In this document: piece by piece, positions 26,788 through 39,368 of the stretch
How positions within the stretch are numbered: the stretch's first letter is position 1
How the letters are laid out: every line of letters begins with the position of its first letter
DNA from: Octopus sinensis
Lineage: Eukaryota
Length of the DNA: 64,000 bases
Reading direction: 5' to 3'
Assembly: GCF_006345805.1 (NCBI RefSeq)
Contig: NC_043015.1
Span: forward strand, 10,664,001-10,728,000
Position numbers and translations under genes: made by a program
The notes under the pieces: generated by a model
Databases searched by the model: none
Told to the model about the DNA's origin: nothing
The model's input: only the letters and a program-made list of their open reading frames with translations

Positions 26788-27105
26788 ATTAAATTTAATC
26801 TTCTTCTTCTTCTTCTCCATCTTCTCCTCTCCTCTTCCTCCTCCTCCTCCTCCTCCTCCTCCTCCTCCTCCTCCTCCTCCTCCTCATCCTCCTTCTTCTT
26901 CTTCTTCTTCTTCTCTTCTTCTTCTTCTTCTTCTTCTTCTCCTCCTCCTCCTCCTCCTTCTTCTTCTTCTTCTTCCCGTTATGATTATTTTTGTTATTAT
27001 TATTATTTTTGTTGTTGTTGTTGTTGTTATTATTATTATATTATTATTATTATTATTATTATCATCATCATCATCAGCTTCACAATCGTCGTCATCATCA
27101 TCATC
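26788..27105. repeat. Compound (CTT)/(CCT)/(TAT)/(TGT)/(CAT) microsatellite
   Basis: Directly visible. Confidence 0.95.
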
Positions 27106-27418
27106 TTTCTCTTTTGGTTGGTTTTGTCCTGGGTTCGTTTTTACAGGGTTTAATTTTTTCAATGACCACCGCCCATGGTCATTTGTTTCTTTCGTAGTTA
27201 TAATTATTATTGATGTATCACTGAGAGAGAGAGAAGAAACAGCAATGCGTATATATATATATAAAGATCTTGTACAAATATGGATGTTATTAAACATTTA
27301 AATTAAAATTTTACTCACATGTTTGCAGTTTGCATGTAGAAATATTGCATAGTCTACATTTTTACGTACATGTTGTTTTGGTGGTGCAACTGGGGGAAGT
27401 TATTTTTGTACACACACA

Positions 27419-27466
<48 letters not shown>

Positions 27467-27686
27467 ATTCGAAGCCAATATTTTTGTCAATTGCCGCAGG
27501 TACTCTCTTTTTGTCTTTTCTTCCTTTCGGTGGTGTTTAATTCCATCTGCCACACTTATTCCCAGGTTTATATACGTGGACTAAGGTTGAATTTCCTTGA
27601 ATAGCATATCAATATTATTGTTGTTGTTAACATAATTATCATCATCATCATCATCATCGTTATCATAATAATTATTATTATTATTA

Positions 27687-27714
<28 letters not shown>

Positions 27715-27717
<3 letters not shown>

Positions 27718-28982
27718 TAGTTTTATTTTTATAGCGTGCTTTCACTTCACTACCGAGCGCAGCTCTGTGTGCCTTGGGTATGTGCTGTGATTTGTTGTGA
27801 TGCTCTGATGGTTATTGTATGGAAAGTGTTCTGCGTAGGATGTGTGCAGTGCCTAGTAGTGCAATTTTCTGTATGTTATATGTGTTTGTAAGTCCTGGTG
27901 TTTTTGTTATGTATTTGTCTGAATATTTTTTTATCATGCCTATTGCAGCTACTATGATAGGAATTGTTTCTGTTTTCAGATTCCACATTCTAGTTACCTC
28001 TATTTTCAGGTCTTTGTATTTTGAGAGTTTCTCCATTTCTTTTAGAGACACGTTGTCATCAGCCGGTATTGATACATCAATTAGAAAGCATTTTTTTCTT
28101 CATGATCTCTGACAACTATATCTGGTCTGTTGGCCTTAATTTCTATATCTGTGTGTATCGGCATATCCCAGAGTATGGTAGCTTTCTCGTTTTCTGTGAC
28201 CTTTTCTGGTGTGTGCCTATACCATCTTTTTTCTGTTGTTATTCCATAATATTGGCATAGCTTCCAATGTATGTAGGTTCCAACTCTGTCATGTCTGTGA
28301 ATATATTCCTTCTTAGCCAGGACTGGGCAGCTAGAGATAATATGATTTATTGTTTCTTGTCCATCTCCACATATTCTGCAGTTACTTGTAATATTTCTTT
28401 TCATTACATGTTTTTGGTAATTTCTGGTGAGGAGGCTTTGGTCTTGTGCTGCAATTAAAAATCCCTCTGTTTCTGCTTTGAGTCCTGAGCTTCTCAACCA
28501 TTGCTGGGATTTTTCTTTGTCTATTTCTTTTGCGTTTAGTTTAGTCCAGTATTTACCATGAAGGGTCTTTTCTTGCCATCGTTTTATCATGGTTCGTTGC
28601 TGTTCTATTTTTAGTTTGGATTTCATTTGTTTTATAGCTTTTGTTGTTTCTTCATCTTCTTCTTCTTCTTCGTGTTTATTAGGTGGTATGATTTCTTGTT
28701 TGTATTTGTCAGCTTCCTTAAATACTGAGAACAGTTTTTTGTTTTGATCTTGTTTTGCCGCTATCTGGATCAGTTTTCCTTCCTTCTGAAGTAGATATTT
28801 TTGCAGTCCTATGGTGGTTATTTTATAGTAGTTTTCCAGCTGTATAAGGCCTCTACCACATTCTCTACGTTGTATATATAGTCTTTCTATGTCAGATTTT
28901 GGGTGATGCATCCTAGATCCTGTCATTATTTTTCTTGTTTTCCTATCTATTTTGGTCAGTTCATTTCGTGTCCAGTTAAGGA

Positions 28983-28983
<1 letters not shown>
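27715..28983 (-). mobile_element. Young 5'-truncated R4/Dong-type LINE (RT C-terminus, CCHC knuckle, restriction-like endonuclease, 3' UTR) within (TAA)n
   Basis: ORF 28081-28926 has HHPKSDIERLY...GRGL, WL..SGLKAETEGFLIAAQDQ, CRICG...ETINHIISSC, RHD, NRPDIVV. A single frameshift in a T run leads to LIDVSIP...EKLSKYKDL..E..RMW...IPIIV (27812-28051). Flanked by (ATT)n on both sides. Confidence 0.93.
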
Positions 28984-29036
<53 letters not shown>

Positions 29037-29631
29037 TATTATTTTCATCTTTATCATCATTTTTATTATCCGTGGTTATTCCATTTTACATCTTTTTTCC
29101 TACTCCACTAATATTTTAGCGAAGCCATAAAAACGGAATATTAGTATAGCTTCAAATTTTAAAACATTGATCATATATTTACTGTCGGAATATTCTCCGC
29201 AATAAAATACATTTTAAATGTTGTACATATAACATTATATTATGTGATAATATCCGAAATATAAACTGGTTACTACGTTTTGTTTATGGTTAGTTCTTGG
29301 TATGTTGATTGTTATTACAATATATTTAGGTTGCTATTGGCATTTCAAAATATAACTAGTTTGGTGGTATATATTAATTGAAGGAAACAAATTTGTATTT
29401 AATAAATTACTTAATGTCTTACTTAATGAACTTCACAAAGTTTAATGTCATTGGTGAACCGAAGGAAAATAACAAAAAATAATGAGAATTTCCGTTGAAT
29501 ATTCCACAAATTACAAGGAGGAAAAAATTTCCGATACTTTGTAATTATCAGAATGATAGATATGACGGTTTACTTCGCTTTCAGTATGTCTCTGCCGAAG
29601 AGTTTATAAAATTTTGCTTTTATATATAAGT

Positions 29632-29686
<55 letters not shown>

Positions 29687-30075
29687 TTGGATATGCACAC
29701 ACACATATATATATATATGTTATATGTATATGTTAGTATAATACATATGGATATATATGTAGGTAGGTGTATGATTATATATACTACAACTCATTTGTAC
29801 CGAATGGCATTTCATATTTAAAACAAATATCAAGATTATTTAATAATCTAAGTTCGTTTGGTTCTTTAAATTATAATTTAAACAGACGCAAGTCGACGTT
29901 GATGTTTGAAGCATTATTATGGAAATATTTCTATAATGAATTGTACCGTTTACAGGAATCCGTCTTATATATTGAACTATTGTTACTCAAATCGTGAATA
30001 TTTAAACTGATAAAGAAATTATAAAGGCTATTTCCATTCACTGCACGTAAATATTAAAATTGTCTGAGTATTTAA

Positions 30076-30441
30076 TGTGGAATAAATAATAACTGTGTCG
30101 TCCGCCTTGAAACTCACTTTCTGCTGGTCTCCTTACGTTATTCAGTGATTACCTCTATTGATTAGGCTGCAATGAAGCAGGTTTAATCTGTGTACATGTA
30201 CATATACATGTGTATATATATATATGTGTATACACACACAAAGACAAACACACGCATACATACTGTTGTAATCCAACGTCGAACCGTTGTAACGTCCACT
30301 CTTCTATAGCAGAACAGTTAGTCATGTAAGACACAACATACAATGACCGACTTCGTAGACTTCTTGAATGCTTGACTTTCTACGTTACAGTATTTGTAAC
30401 GAACTGATATCATTATTATTATTATTAATAACCCCGTAACA
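30076..30441 (-). mobile_element. Probable Gypsy 3' LTR preceded by a polypurine tract
   Basis: On the minus strand AAAGGGGAGA (PPT, 30442-30451) is immediately followed by TGTTAC; candidate end ...TTCCACA at 30076. Confidence 0.5.
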
Positions 30442-30559
30442 TCTCCCCTTTAAAGCTTTTTTTCCTCAGGGAGTGTCATTTTATTTTTTTATTAAAAATA
30501 ATTTTTACATCACACCACCTCCGTTTTTCATTTTTTTTCATATCCTTACAAATTTAATA

Positions 30560-30760
30560 TTTTTTCTCTCTTGAACGTATCGACAAAGTGTTCTGCTTGT
30601 CCGCTAGATATGGAATGGTATGGCGCAGTAGTTACATGTTCTACAACGAAAGTTTTTAAAAACTTTTTAAACTCAAATGACCCAAATTGCGTTCCATTAT
30701 GACCCAAATTGCGTTCCATTATCAAACACTGTTAAGGCTGGGGCGTAAAATCTCGGAAGC
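30560..30760 (-). mobile_element. Gypsy integrase relic
   Basis: DNGTQF and EHVTTAPYH...SGQAEHFVDTFKR; contains a short tandem duplication. Confidence 0.7.
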
Positions 30761-30789
30761 AAATTATGTGGAAAGTGTACTGTAGTTGA

Positions 30790-31385
30790 GGAGGTTTGAT
30801 ATTTACACTTACAATGTCTGGCTATTTAGAGAAACTCTCTACAAACACTAAGTAGTATCAACTGTCTAAGGGACCAATGAAATATATGTGTAATCTCGAC
30901 CAGAATGCAAAGACTGGAACGACGATATGAAAACGCATCTAATCTCAAGAAAACCGGCAGCATGAGAACATGAGTGTTACAGCAATTACGTACTCCCGAA
31001 GAAGCCTTTTGACATAAACTTTAGGAATACAATAGATATTTTTTGTAAAATTTTAGTGAGAAAAACTCGTTGTTCAATACACGATGGAAATATTTGTAGC
31101 TAGAAATGAACGGTGGTAGCGTTAAAAGGGAATGTGAAAAGTTCAAGCCAGACGAATTAATGACAGGTATATTAAAGTGTCTGATATTTTCTCAGGGACA
31201 ACCTCCTCAGTTGTGTGGATTTTTTTACATGAGTCGTTTGTGAGATTTGACGTTGCAAAAGCTATAGTGTCTGACAGTGAAACGTAATTTGTGTCTTGAA
31301 TTTAAAAATATGTTTGTGAAACATTCGCTGTAGAACATGTAACGTCTGCGCCATACTATCCCAGATCTAACGGACAAGAGAACCC
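30790..31385 (+). mobile_element. Gypsy gag plus integrase relic
   Basis: gag-like LFNTRW...KCLIF.QG joined to integrase-like IVSD...F..FAVEHVTSAPYYPRSNGQ. Confidence 0.6.
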
Positions 31386-31402
31386 TAAAAGTGTCGAAAT
31401 AG

Positions 31403-31705
31403 GCGCAGGAGTAGGTGTGTGGTTAGTAGCTTGCTTACCAAACACATCATTCCGGGTTCAATCGCACTGTGTGGCACCTTGGGCAAGTGTCTTCTTCTAT
31501 AGCCTCAGGCCAACTAAGTGGATTTCGTAGACGGAAACTGAAAGAAGTCTGTCATATATATATATATGGAAAAAGTTCAAGGTGGAAAATGGTAAAATAA
31601 ATTTATAAAAGATATTTCAGTACCGGTTTCATTCATTCTTCAACATGCTTACAGTTGAAGAAGTCTCAATACCTTAAACCGTTATTGAAATGTTTCTTAT
31701 AAAAT

Positions 31706-31754
<49 letters not shown>

Positions 31755-31975
31755 GTACATGTGTGTATATTTGTGTGTCTGTATTTGCCCCCCCCCCACC
31801 AAAGCTTGACAACCGTGTGTTTATGTCCCTGTAGTATAGCGGTTCGGCAAAAGAAACCCGATAGAATAAGTACTAGTCTTACATAGAATAAGTCCTGGGG
31901 TAGATTTCTTCGACTAAAGGCAGTGCTCCTGCATGACTGCAGTCAAATGACTGAAACAAATAAGAAATAAGAAAT
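31403..31975 (+). mobile_element. Composite CORE-like SINE with an extra ~140-bp insert in its internal microsatellite
   Basis: GGCGCAGGAGT...CCGGGTTCAATCGCACTGTGTGGCACCTTGGGCAAGTGTCTT head, 3' module at 31770-31975, insert at 31568-31707. Confidence 0.85.
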
Positions 31976-33149
31976 TCACGGATGAGGTGTGACACTATAT
32001 TGAAATACACTCAAATATGTGACGAGTGATGCTGATATTTGCGAGGAAAATAAAATCCTTCATCGATAAATTGTTTATGACCAAAGATGCACATACCGTC
32101 AGTCACGAAGGAACATGTTCAATGATTAAAGTCAAGCAACTGACAAGCAAATCTGTGGTATTGAGGAGAATATTTGCTATAACGGAATGTCTGCTTTAGC
32201 AACTCAGCGCTGATTTTTGTCTGGAATGTCACAAAAAGTAGGTCAGTTTCAGTTTAGGTCACCAAATCAGAGTTTGAAAGGAATAGTTGTCTTATACTTT
32301 GATTTCTTGGTACAAGCAAATAGGAAATACTCTCTGATAAGTAGACAAAAAGAAAAAAAATTGTGTTACACTGTTATGCTTTCTCTGCAATGCCAGGAGA
32401 TAATTCATTCCTTAATTATCAAGGACGCTATAAAAATCTTGGACAGGGCCTCGGAATATTGTATCTGCTGCCGGTGTAAAAATCTACCCTCAAAATGTAG
32501 CATATAAAGGGCACCGAGCACTCAACGTAGATAGTTTTGAAACGTTAATAATATTGATCAAATCGTTGACTAAAATTATAAAACATAAAATTATAAAACA
32601 CATTTTGATGTTGAAAACAATTATCAAATTTAATTACGTACTCTGTATGAGTGGCCACTGTAGCCCTATATAATGATAATTTCATTAACGTAATATAATA
32701 ATATTTGCGGCAGATAAACATTTCTACATTCAACCAGAAAAAAAAAAACATCTTTGTTACTTTGCTGATAATAATTAATAGATAAATTTGAATGACAATC
32801 TCATTGAAAAACCAATTAATAACGAAAAAATGTACTTTAACACATTGTTTGGATATCAAATACTTGCACACATATGAATATATATGCACATCTATATGTA
32901 CATGTAAATTACATACAGATAGACATGGAGTGTGTGAGAGAGAGAGAGAGAGTGTGTGTGTAAGAAGTTCGTGTATGAGTACGTGTTCCTTTGTGATTGA
33001 AGGTTTTTTTCATTAAAGAATTGAAATTGTTTTCTAACAAAGTGGCAAAGATATTGTGTATACGTCAAGATAACTATTCGAGCATGTGATTATCTAACTC
33101 GACTGATGTATACATATGTGGTGTGTATATGTCTGTGTATGCGGATAAT

Positions 33150-34330
33150 TTTGTACTCTTATCGATACTGTCCTTCATTTCAGTTTTTCTGTGAAATTCC
33201 CATTCTCCAGACAGCTGATCTCTACAGTTTTTTACGACTTTTGGTTCATATTCCCTAGAACAATTGGTCTGCTTTACTTATATAGGATTACGCTTGTTGG
33301 TGTTCTAATGTTCCTCCAGTATTTTTATCATCAAGGTGTGAATAATTTCTGGTAATCCTAAATTTGTGCTGTGGCCCTTGGAACAAATCTTTCTGCGTAT
33401 AGCACTGTACACTTTTTAACAACAATGTCATGTCTCCTGTGTAATTAATTTTTTGCTGTGAACATTTGGCGCAATCATTATTTTCTTTTGTAACGTGAAT
33501 GCCTAAAAGTATTCTTATAGCACATGTTGATAAGATATTTATTAGATATTGGTTGCAAATTTTGGTACAAGGCCTGCAAGTTGGTGGAAGGTGGACAAGT
33601 CGCTTACATCAATCCCAGTGCCCAGATGGTATATATTTCATTGACCTCGACGGGCAGATTCACTAAATAATCATTCTTCTGTAATAGGAGAAACGTAAAC
33701 GTCGGGATTAAATGTAACATTTATCACAGCGCCTGGAGATTCACGCATTTTTGCCAATGTTCTTGGTAATCCTTAGGTTGTAGGATATATACTCATGCAT
33801 ATTTTTCCTTTCCAAGTTTCGGTTTATGTAGCTCTGTCCAACCATTCATGGAACCGCAGTGGACAAAGACTACTTTTTCAGTTCTTCAACGAACCTCATA
33901 TTGTTATTAACTTCACTGTTCAGAATGTGTTTAAATGATATAAGGCGGATTCCAAAAGATGTCGAGACTGGTTATATAATTCCACAGACTTCTATTTACT
34001 TAAAATTGACCAGCAGCATTGTTGAATTGGAACTTTAAAATATTTGTTTTTTCTTGATCTGCTTTTCGTATTTGTTCACGCGTCAAAAGTTAGATCTCAA
34101 ATTTTGGTATCAGCGCTGGAATTACAACAGCATTATGAGGAATGATTTCTGAGTCGCACTTTCCGAAGTCGACGAAGTATTGTTTTGTCACCCTAGCATT
34201 ACATAGGCCAAAAACACATGCAATATTATCGACGATTCCAAGGTTTGTGAAACATTCAGCTCATATAATACGCGAGGCGACAAACAGTCTATTCGTTGTC
34301 TGTTTAACAATATTTCCTTCTTAGACTACT
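33150..34330 (-). mobile_element. Decayed R4/Dong-type LINE, interrupted by a SINE fragment (~33545-33700)
   Basis: Fragmented HN..VIPALIPKF, RHDIVVK..Y.AIRRK, KKYW.NI, VEISC motifs across frames. Confidence 0.55.
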
Positions 34331-34499
34331 AAATATAGACATCTTTCATGACTATAATACATGTACGATTGTCGTGATAAGCTTAAAATCTCTCATATTA
34401 TTCCCGAGTCCGTTTAAACAGAATATACGGGTGACACTAATATTTCTTTCATCGGCATATCATATACTATAATATATTACATATGTGTTCCTATATCAC

Positions 34500-36628
34500 T
34501 CGCGTAACCACATGGAATCGGGTGCGTATCTTCATCTACCTGTATCAGTAGGTAGGCCTCCGAGAGGTCTAGCTTCGAGATAATTTATCTTCCATTTAGT
34601 TTTGAGAACGCTTCTTCGCTTAGCAACGAGTAATTGCGTTCGACTAAACAGTTATTTGATTCAGTTGAAAGGTCGGCATACACTCTTATTTTTCTTTTTC
34701 TTTACATAAATCGACTGAGCTACCCAGTCTGAATGGTCGACCTTTATACATCTAGACTTTCTAGTCTTTCCAGCTTTTTATTCCGTTTGGGAATAAAAAC
34801 AGGTGTTGCCTCTTCTTTTACAGTGATCTTCGTTTTTCTTTTAGTGCAACAGCATAATCCTTACCAAAAACATTTGGAAGCAATTTTTAATTTGTTTGCC
34901 TTAGTTGTTCGACATCATTCGAACTTTTAACCGTGCCGACTACATTTTCACGGAGAACACTAGTGAGGGTATACCACATTTTAAATAACTCGATGCATTA
35001 TGTGCGAAATAGTTTTAGTAATTTTTTTCCGTTTCATTTTACCTCGAAAAGTTACGTTGCAAATGTATTCACCGATGAAATATAATTGATTTCCTGTAAC
35101 ACTATATGCTACTTTATTTGATTTAAATAATGTCGACTTACCGATATGTTACCATACTTCTTGATTTATGATAATGATGTCATTACCCGTGTATAATTGC
35201 ATTTCGACACAAGTGGTTTTGATTCTCACCCTGATTAATTTTATATTCGCTGTACAAACTTTTACTCTGATGACAAACAATTTATTTTATCTCGCTTAGT
35301 CCAGTTTTTCGTTATCTTAGTTCTGCAGTGCGACGTCATGTCCCCTGTGATCCCACAACGAGGACACTTTTCTCTTTTGAACGGACACTCTTTTCTGAGG
35401 TGCCTACCATACTTGGATGTATCTCTTGTTGTTGAATTTCTTCTGTATCGTGCCATACTTTTAATATTATATCGCACACTTCTGACAGTTTCTGGAGAGT
35501 TATATCCTGGTTCATTTCCAGCTTGGCCAAAATTTTCGGTCTGGCTTCTGCGTCCTATTTAGTAGTAAGTCCTTGAACAAAATTCAGGCACTTGAATGAG
35601 CCTGGAGTTTATCCAGTTGAAATCTCTCGCATTCTCTGTTCTCTCTACCCGCATATGAGACAAAGTCTTCGTCATCGCTTTTCGCCGTATTCAATGAGTG
35701 TTGAATTTCGATGATTTTTCACTGAACATCTTACAATCTGTTAACTGTGTCCGTGAAATTTATGTCAGAAACTTACGGCAACCTAAAGTTACAGTATTTC
35801 TCATGCTGCATCTTTGTCAGTGTCCTCAGAATTAGAAGCGTTTTCATTTCATCTGTCCAGTTTCATCATTCTTTTTTCGAAAATTTGTTTCTTCGCTAAT
35901 ATGCCTCGAAAATTACCCCTGCTTCCGGGTCATATTTAAATTCATTTATTGAATTTTCTACATGGTCTGAAAACGTATTTTCAGGATTTGTTATCAACTT
36001 CATTAATTGTAGTAATTGTTGCTGTAATATTTTTTGTTGTTCTTATTTTTCTTGTAGTTCTTTGAGTTATTTTTGTTCTTGTTGATGTTGTTTTGCAACT
36101 CAACTACAACCTCCAGCACGTTTTCCATAATTTTACGGACATTTTGTAAAATATGTACATCAAAAATGTTTGTTACACTTCTGCGGAGTTTTTAAATTTC
36201 TGCACGGGAAAAATCTTTCAATATCTTCCGTGTGAATTGCTTATTTTCCCGTGAAAAAAAAAATTTTTTTTGTCAACGTTGTCCGCGTCAGTTGTTTACA
36301 TCCTCGTCGGCACAGTTATATTTAGATTCTCGTCCACTTATATGTTATTGTCGGCACTGTAATATTTTTATCACCACACTTGTGTTGTTCTGCTATTCCA
36401 CATCTTATTATCATTGACTCGTTTATCGTGCTATCGCGGATAGATCCGCAAGGTAATGACTTTATAACGTCAACCTTGATGGTAACTCCAACTCGTATAT
36501 AACACGCAACTGACACTCACTCCAGCTGAGAACTTGTAAAACGTCTCTACTACTGACTTCCTTCAACAACTGACTATCTGACTTTAACGGTGTCATGTGA
36601 GAAGGGGAGTACTATTTTCACTGCGACA
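34500..36628 (-). mobile_element. Decayed Gypsy element: 5' LTR, PBS, gag, RT
   Basis: LTR ~36315-36628 starts TGTCGC; GTGCCGACGAGGA PBS-like site at 36301-36314; gag DEDFVSYAG...ILAKLEMNQDITLQKL with a zinc-knuckle relic (KECP...CPRCG...HC); RT SKLDLSEAYLLIQVD. Confidence 0.8.
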
Positions 36629-36664
<36 letters not shown>

Positions 36665-36704
36665 ATATATTATTTATTTATTTATACTTGTCTCCTTACT
36701 TTTC

Positions 36705-36875
36705 ACCACATCTTCGCTTGGTAATCGATATGCTTGTGTTTACGTCATCATTATTTAGCGCTTTGTCAAAATAGACCGATAGATTTAGGCTTAGAAATTT
36801 CTGGGTTCGATTTCTTCGATTAAAGTCGCTCCCAGGCGCTCTCAGTCATACGACTGAAACAAATAAAAGAACAGA
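36705..36875 (+). mobile_element. Decayed 3' module of the composite SINE
   Basis: Diverged match to 31790-31975, following (CA)n. Confidence 0.55.
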
Positions 36876-37124
36876 TGTATATGTATACATATAGGTATGT
36901 CATTGTTCAGTTTTATTTCAAGATTTCTTGCAAATAGAAAAAGAGACTATTTCTAAACTAGAGACAAGGCTCCTTCATTCGACCTTTAACATCAGCAACA
37001 GGGTATCTTTGCATGTATATATATGTGAAGATTTATAAGTCTTGTTTTATGAACATATCCTCATGCGTAGAGTTGCATATCTAAACATGCTCATATATAT
37101 TTAAATGATAAACTTCTGAAAATT

Positions 37125-37960
37125 TTTTTTATGATTTATACAGTTCCAGTGATGGAGTGGATTTCTAGTCATCCAATTAGCTTTCTCCTATCTGATTTTG
37201 AGAAGCCTAATTTCTCCGGATTGATATTTTGGGAGTGTATTACATATCACAGCGCCCCAATAATTACAGGTATAGAGCAACTGCAGATTCCTCAACAGTT
37301 CACCGTAGGTATTCTCTTTTTCACTTTTCTTCAGGTTTATGATAACATCGCCTGGGGAGCAACTTTACACAATTGTGCACCGTTTCTCTTCTCTATCATA
37401 ATATCAGGTCTGTTGTGCTTACATATTATTGAGGTCTTCACTGGCACATTCCAAAAGTATTTCTTTTTATCATGAGTGGCAATGGCTTCTACCATATCGT
37501 GGGTTCTTACTTCGTTGTCGTCGGGTCTAGCAATCCGACGGATTTCATTATAGAGTGTGCAAGCTACAACCACTTTTTATCAGTAGATGACATTTTCGGA
37601 CAACTCCTTATGATGTGGGTGATATCTTCGGTGTTGACTCCACAAAGACCCCATCGGTTGTCACATTTTACAGCTTTTCCTGTATCTCTATCCCTTTTAT
37701 GCATCTGGTATCTCGTTGATGTTTTCTATTCCTGATTTGCAAACGCTTACCCTTCAAAGTGGGAAGTAGTAATCCGGCTATTGATCAATTATAGACTGCT
37801 TTCATTATCAATGTTACCATAATATCGGAGCTGTCTACTAACATATCTATGGATAGTATTCTGCTCATATACCTCTTCCTTTTTTCAGATGATACGTTGC
37901 GGTAGAATCGTGCGACTTTTTGGGGCATGTATACTAGGTTATAAGAAAAGAATGTTGCTC
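37125..37960 (-). mobile_element. Decayed R4/Dong-type LINE 3' half
   Basis: TSHFEG...CDNRWGLCGVNTEDITHIIRSCPKMS (CCHC relic), YNEIRR, KYFWNVPVKT..CKHNRPDI. Confidence 0.75.
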
Positions 37961-38010
37961 AAGGTGCTGCCTTCCATGCCTTATGATGTTGTTTAATTTT
38001 CTTCCCACAG

Positions 38011-38256
38011 GTACGATGAAACACTTTATGTTTGCTGCACGGGGACAACTTTGCTATTATATTTACGGTGAAGCTTCACTAAAGCGTCGTATATTACCGA
38101 CTGCTATTTCCAGTAAATATTGGTGCGGCGTTGTACTACCATTCTATATTTACTCTGTAAGCGTATGGTGCATTATTCTACTAGATAGCACTACTATTGC
38201 ACTATTTAATAATTTTTTTTCGCTGTTCTCGGTTCTGTTAACGTTTAGTCTTTCAG
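38011..38256 (+). CDS. Candidate internal coding exon (246 nt, phase 1-1), unknown hydrophobic product
   Basis: Acceptor TTTAATTTTCTTCCCACAG|, donor CAG|GTGAGT, open frame TMKHFMFAARGQLC...FSLFSVLLTFSLS; no homology recognised. Confidence 0.35.
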
Positions 38257-38589
38257 GTGAGTAGACTACGAGGGATACAGCGACATTCAAAATTTTTTCT
38301 CACTGAATCTAGCTAAGGAGAACTAATCAAATTTACGTTAACTAACGTATTTCGGAGAGTTCGAAACCTAGGTCCTAGATTATCCAGTTCTGGGTTGTAT
38401 ATTTACCTAATGTTCTTCTTACAGGAAAAATGAAAACATTTTATGTTCGCTGGCATAAACTTCTTTGCCAGCATATATACGATGAAACCTTACTAAAGCG
38501 TCGCATAATTTTGACTGCTATTTCCAGTAAATATTGATGCATTGTTGTTCCACCATTCTACATTCATATGTGTATGCACACACACACAT

Positions 38590-38660
<71 letters not shown>

Positions 38661-38667
38661 ATATGTG

Positions 38668-38702
<35 letters not shown>

Positions 38703-38706
38703 ATAT

Positions 38707-38738
<32 letters not shown>

Positions 38739-38756
38739 ATAATATATATATATATT

Positions 38757-38787
<31 letters not shown>

Positions 38788-39275
38788 ATATATATATTCA
38801 CAATGAAAGTTTGGAAGCCAAAATAACTGAATTTGATGGTTTATATTTACATTGATAGATTTAGCGGGAGTGGATAGAATATTCGGATGATAAGTTATTA
38901 TGGCTTTTGAAGAACTAAACATACAGGCTACAAAATGAAGTTAAGTAAACACTTTTGTAAGCAGAGAAAGTTTCAAACTGAGTTTATGAACTCATCGCTG
39001 ACAGCTAAATCGTATCAGGTAAATTGTATTGATTTCACATTCACAAATGCACACGAATACACATGCGCATATATGTGAGAGTGCGTATTTATACGTGAGA
39101 CCGAGACACATGCACGCACGCCCACAAACACACGTACAACTTTTTTCTGTCTGTCCGTTTCCTGGAATTTTGTGCGCATTGAAAGATATATTCTTGGCTA
39201 TTGGCATCTGTGTGTGGGTATATATATACACACATATATATATATATTATATATATATATATATTATATATATAT

Positions 39276-39368
<93 letters not shown>

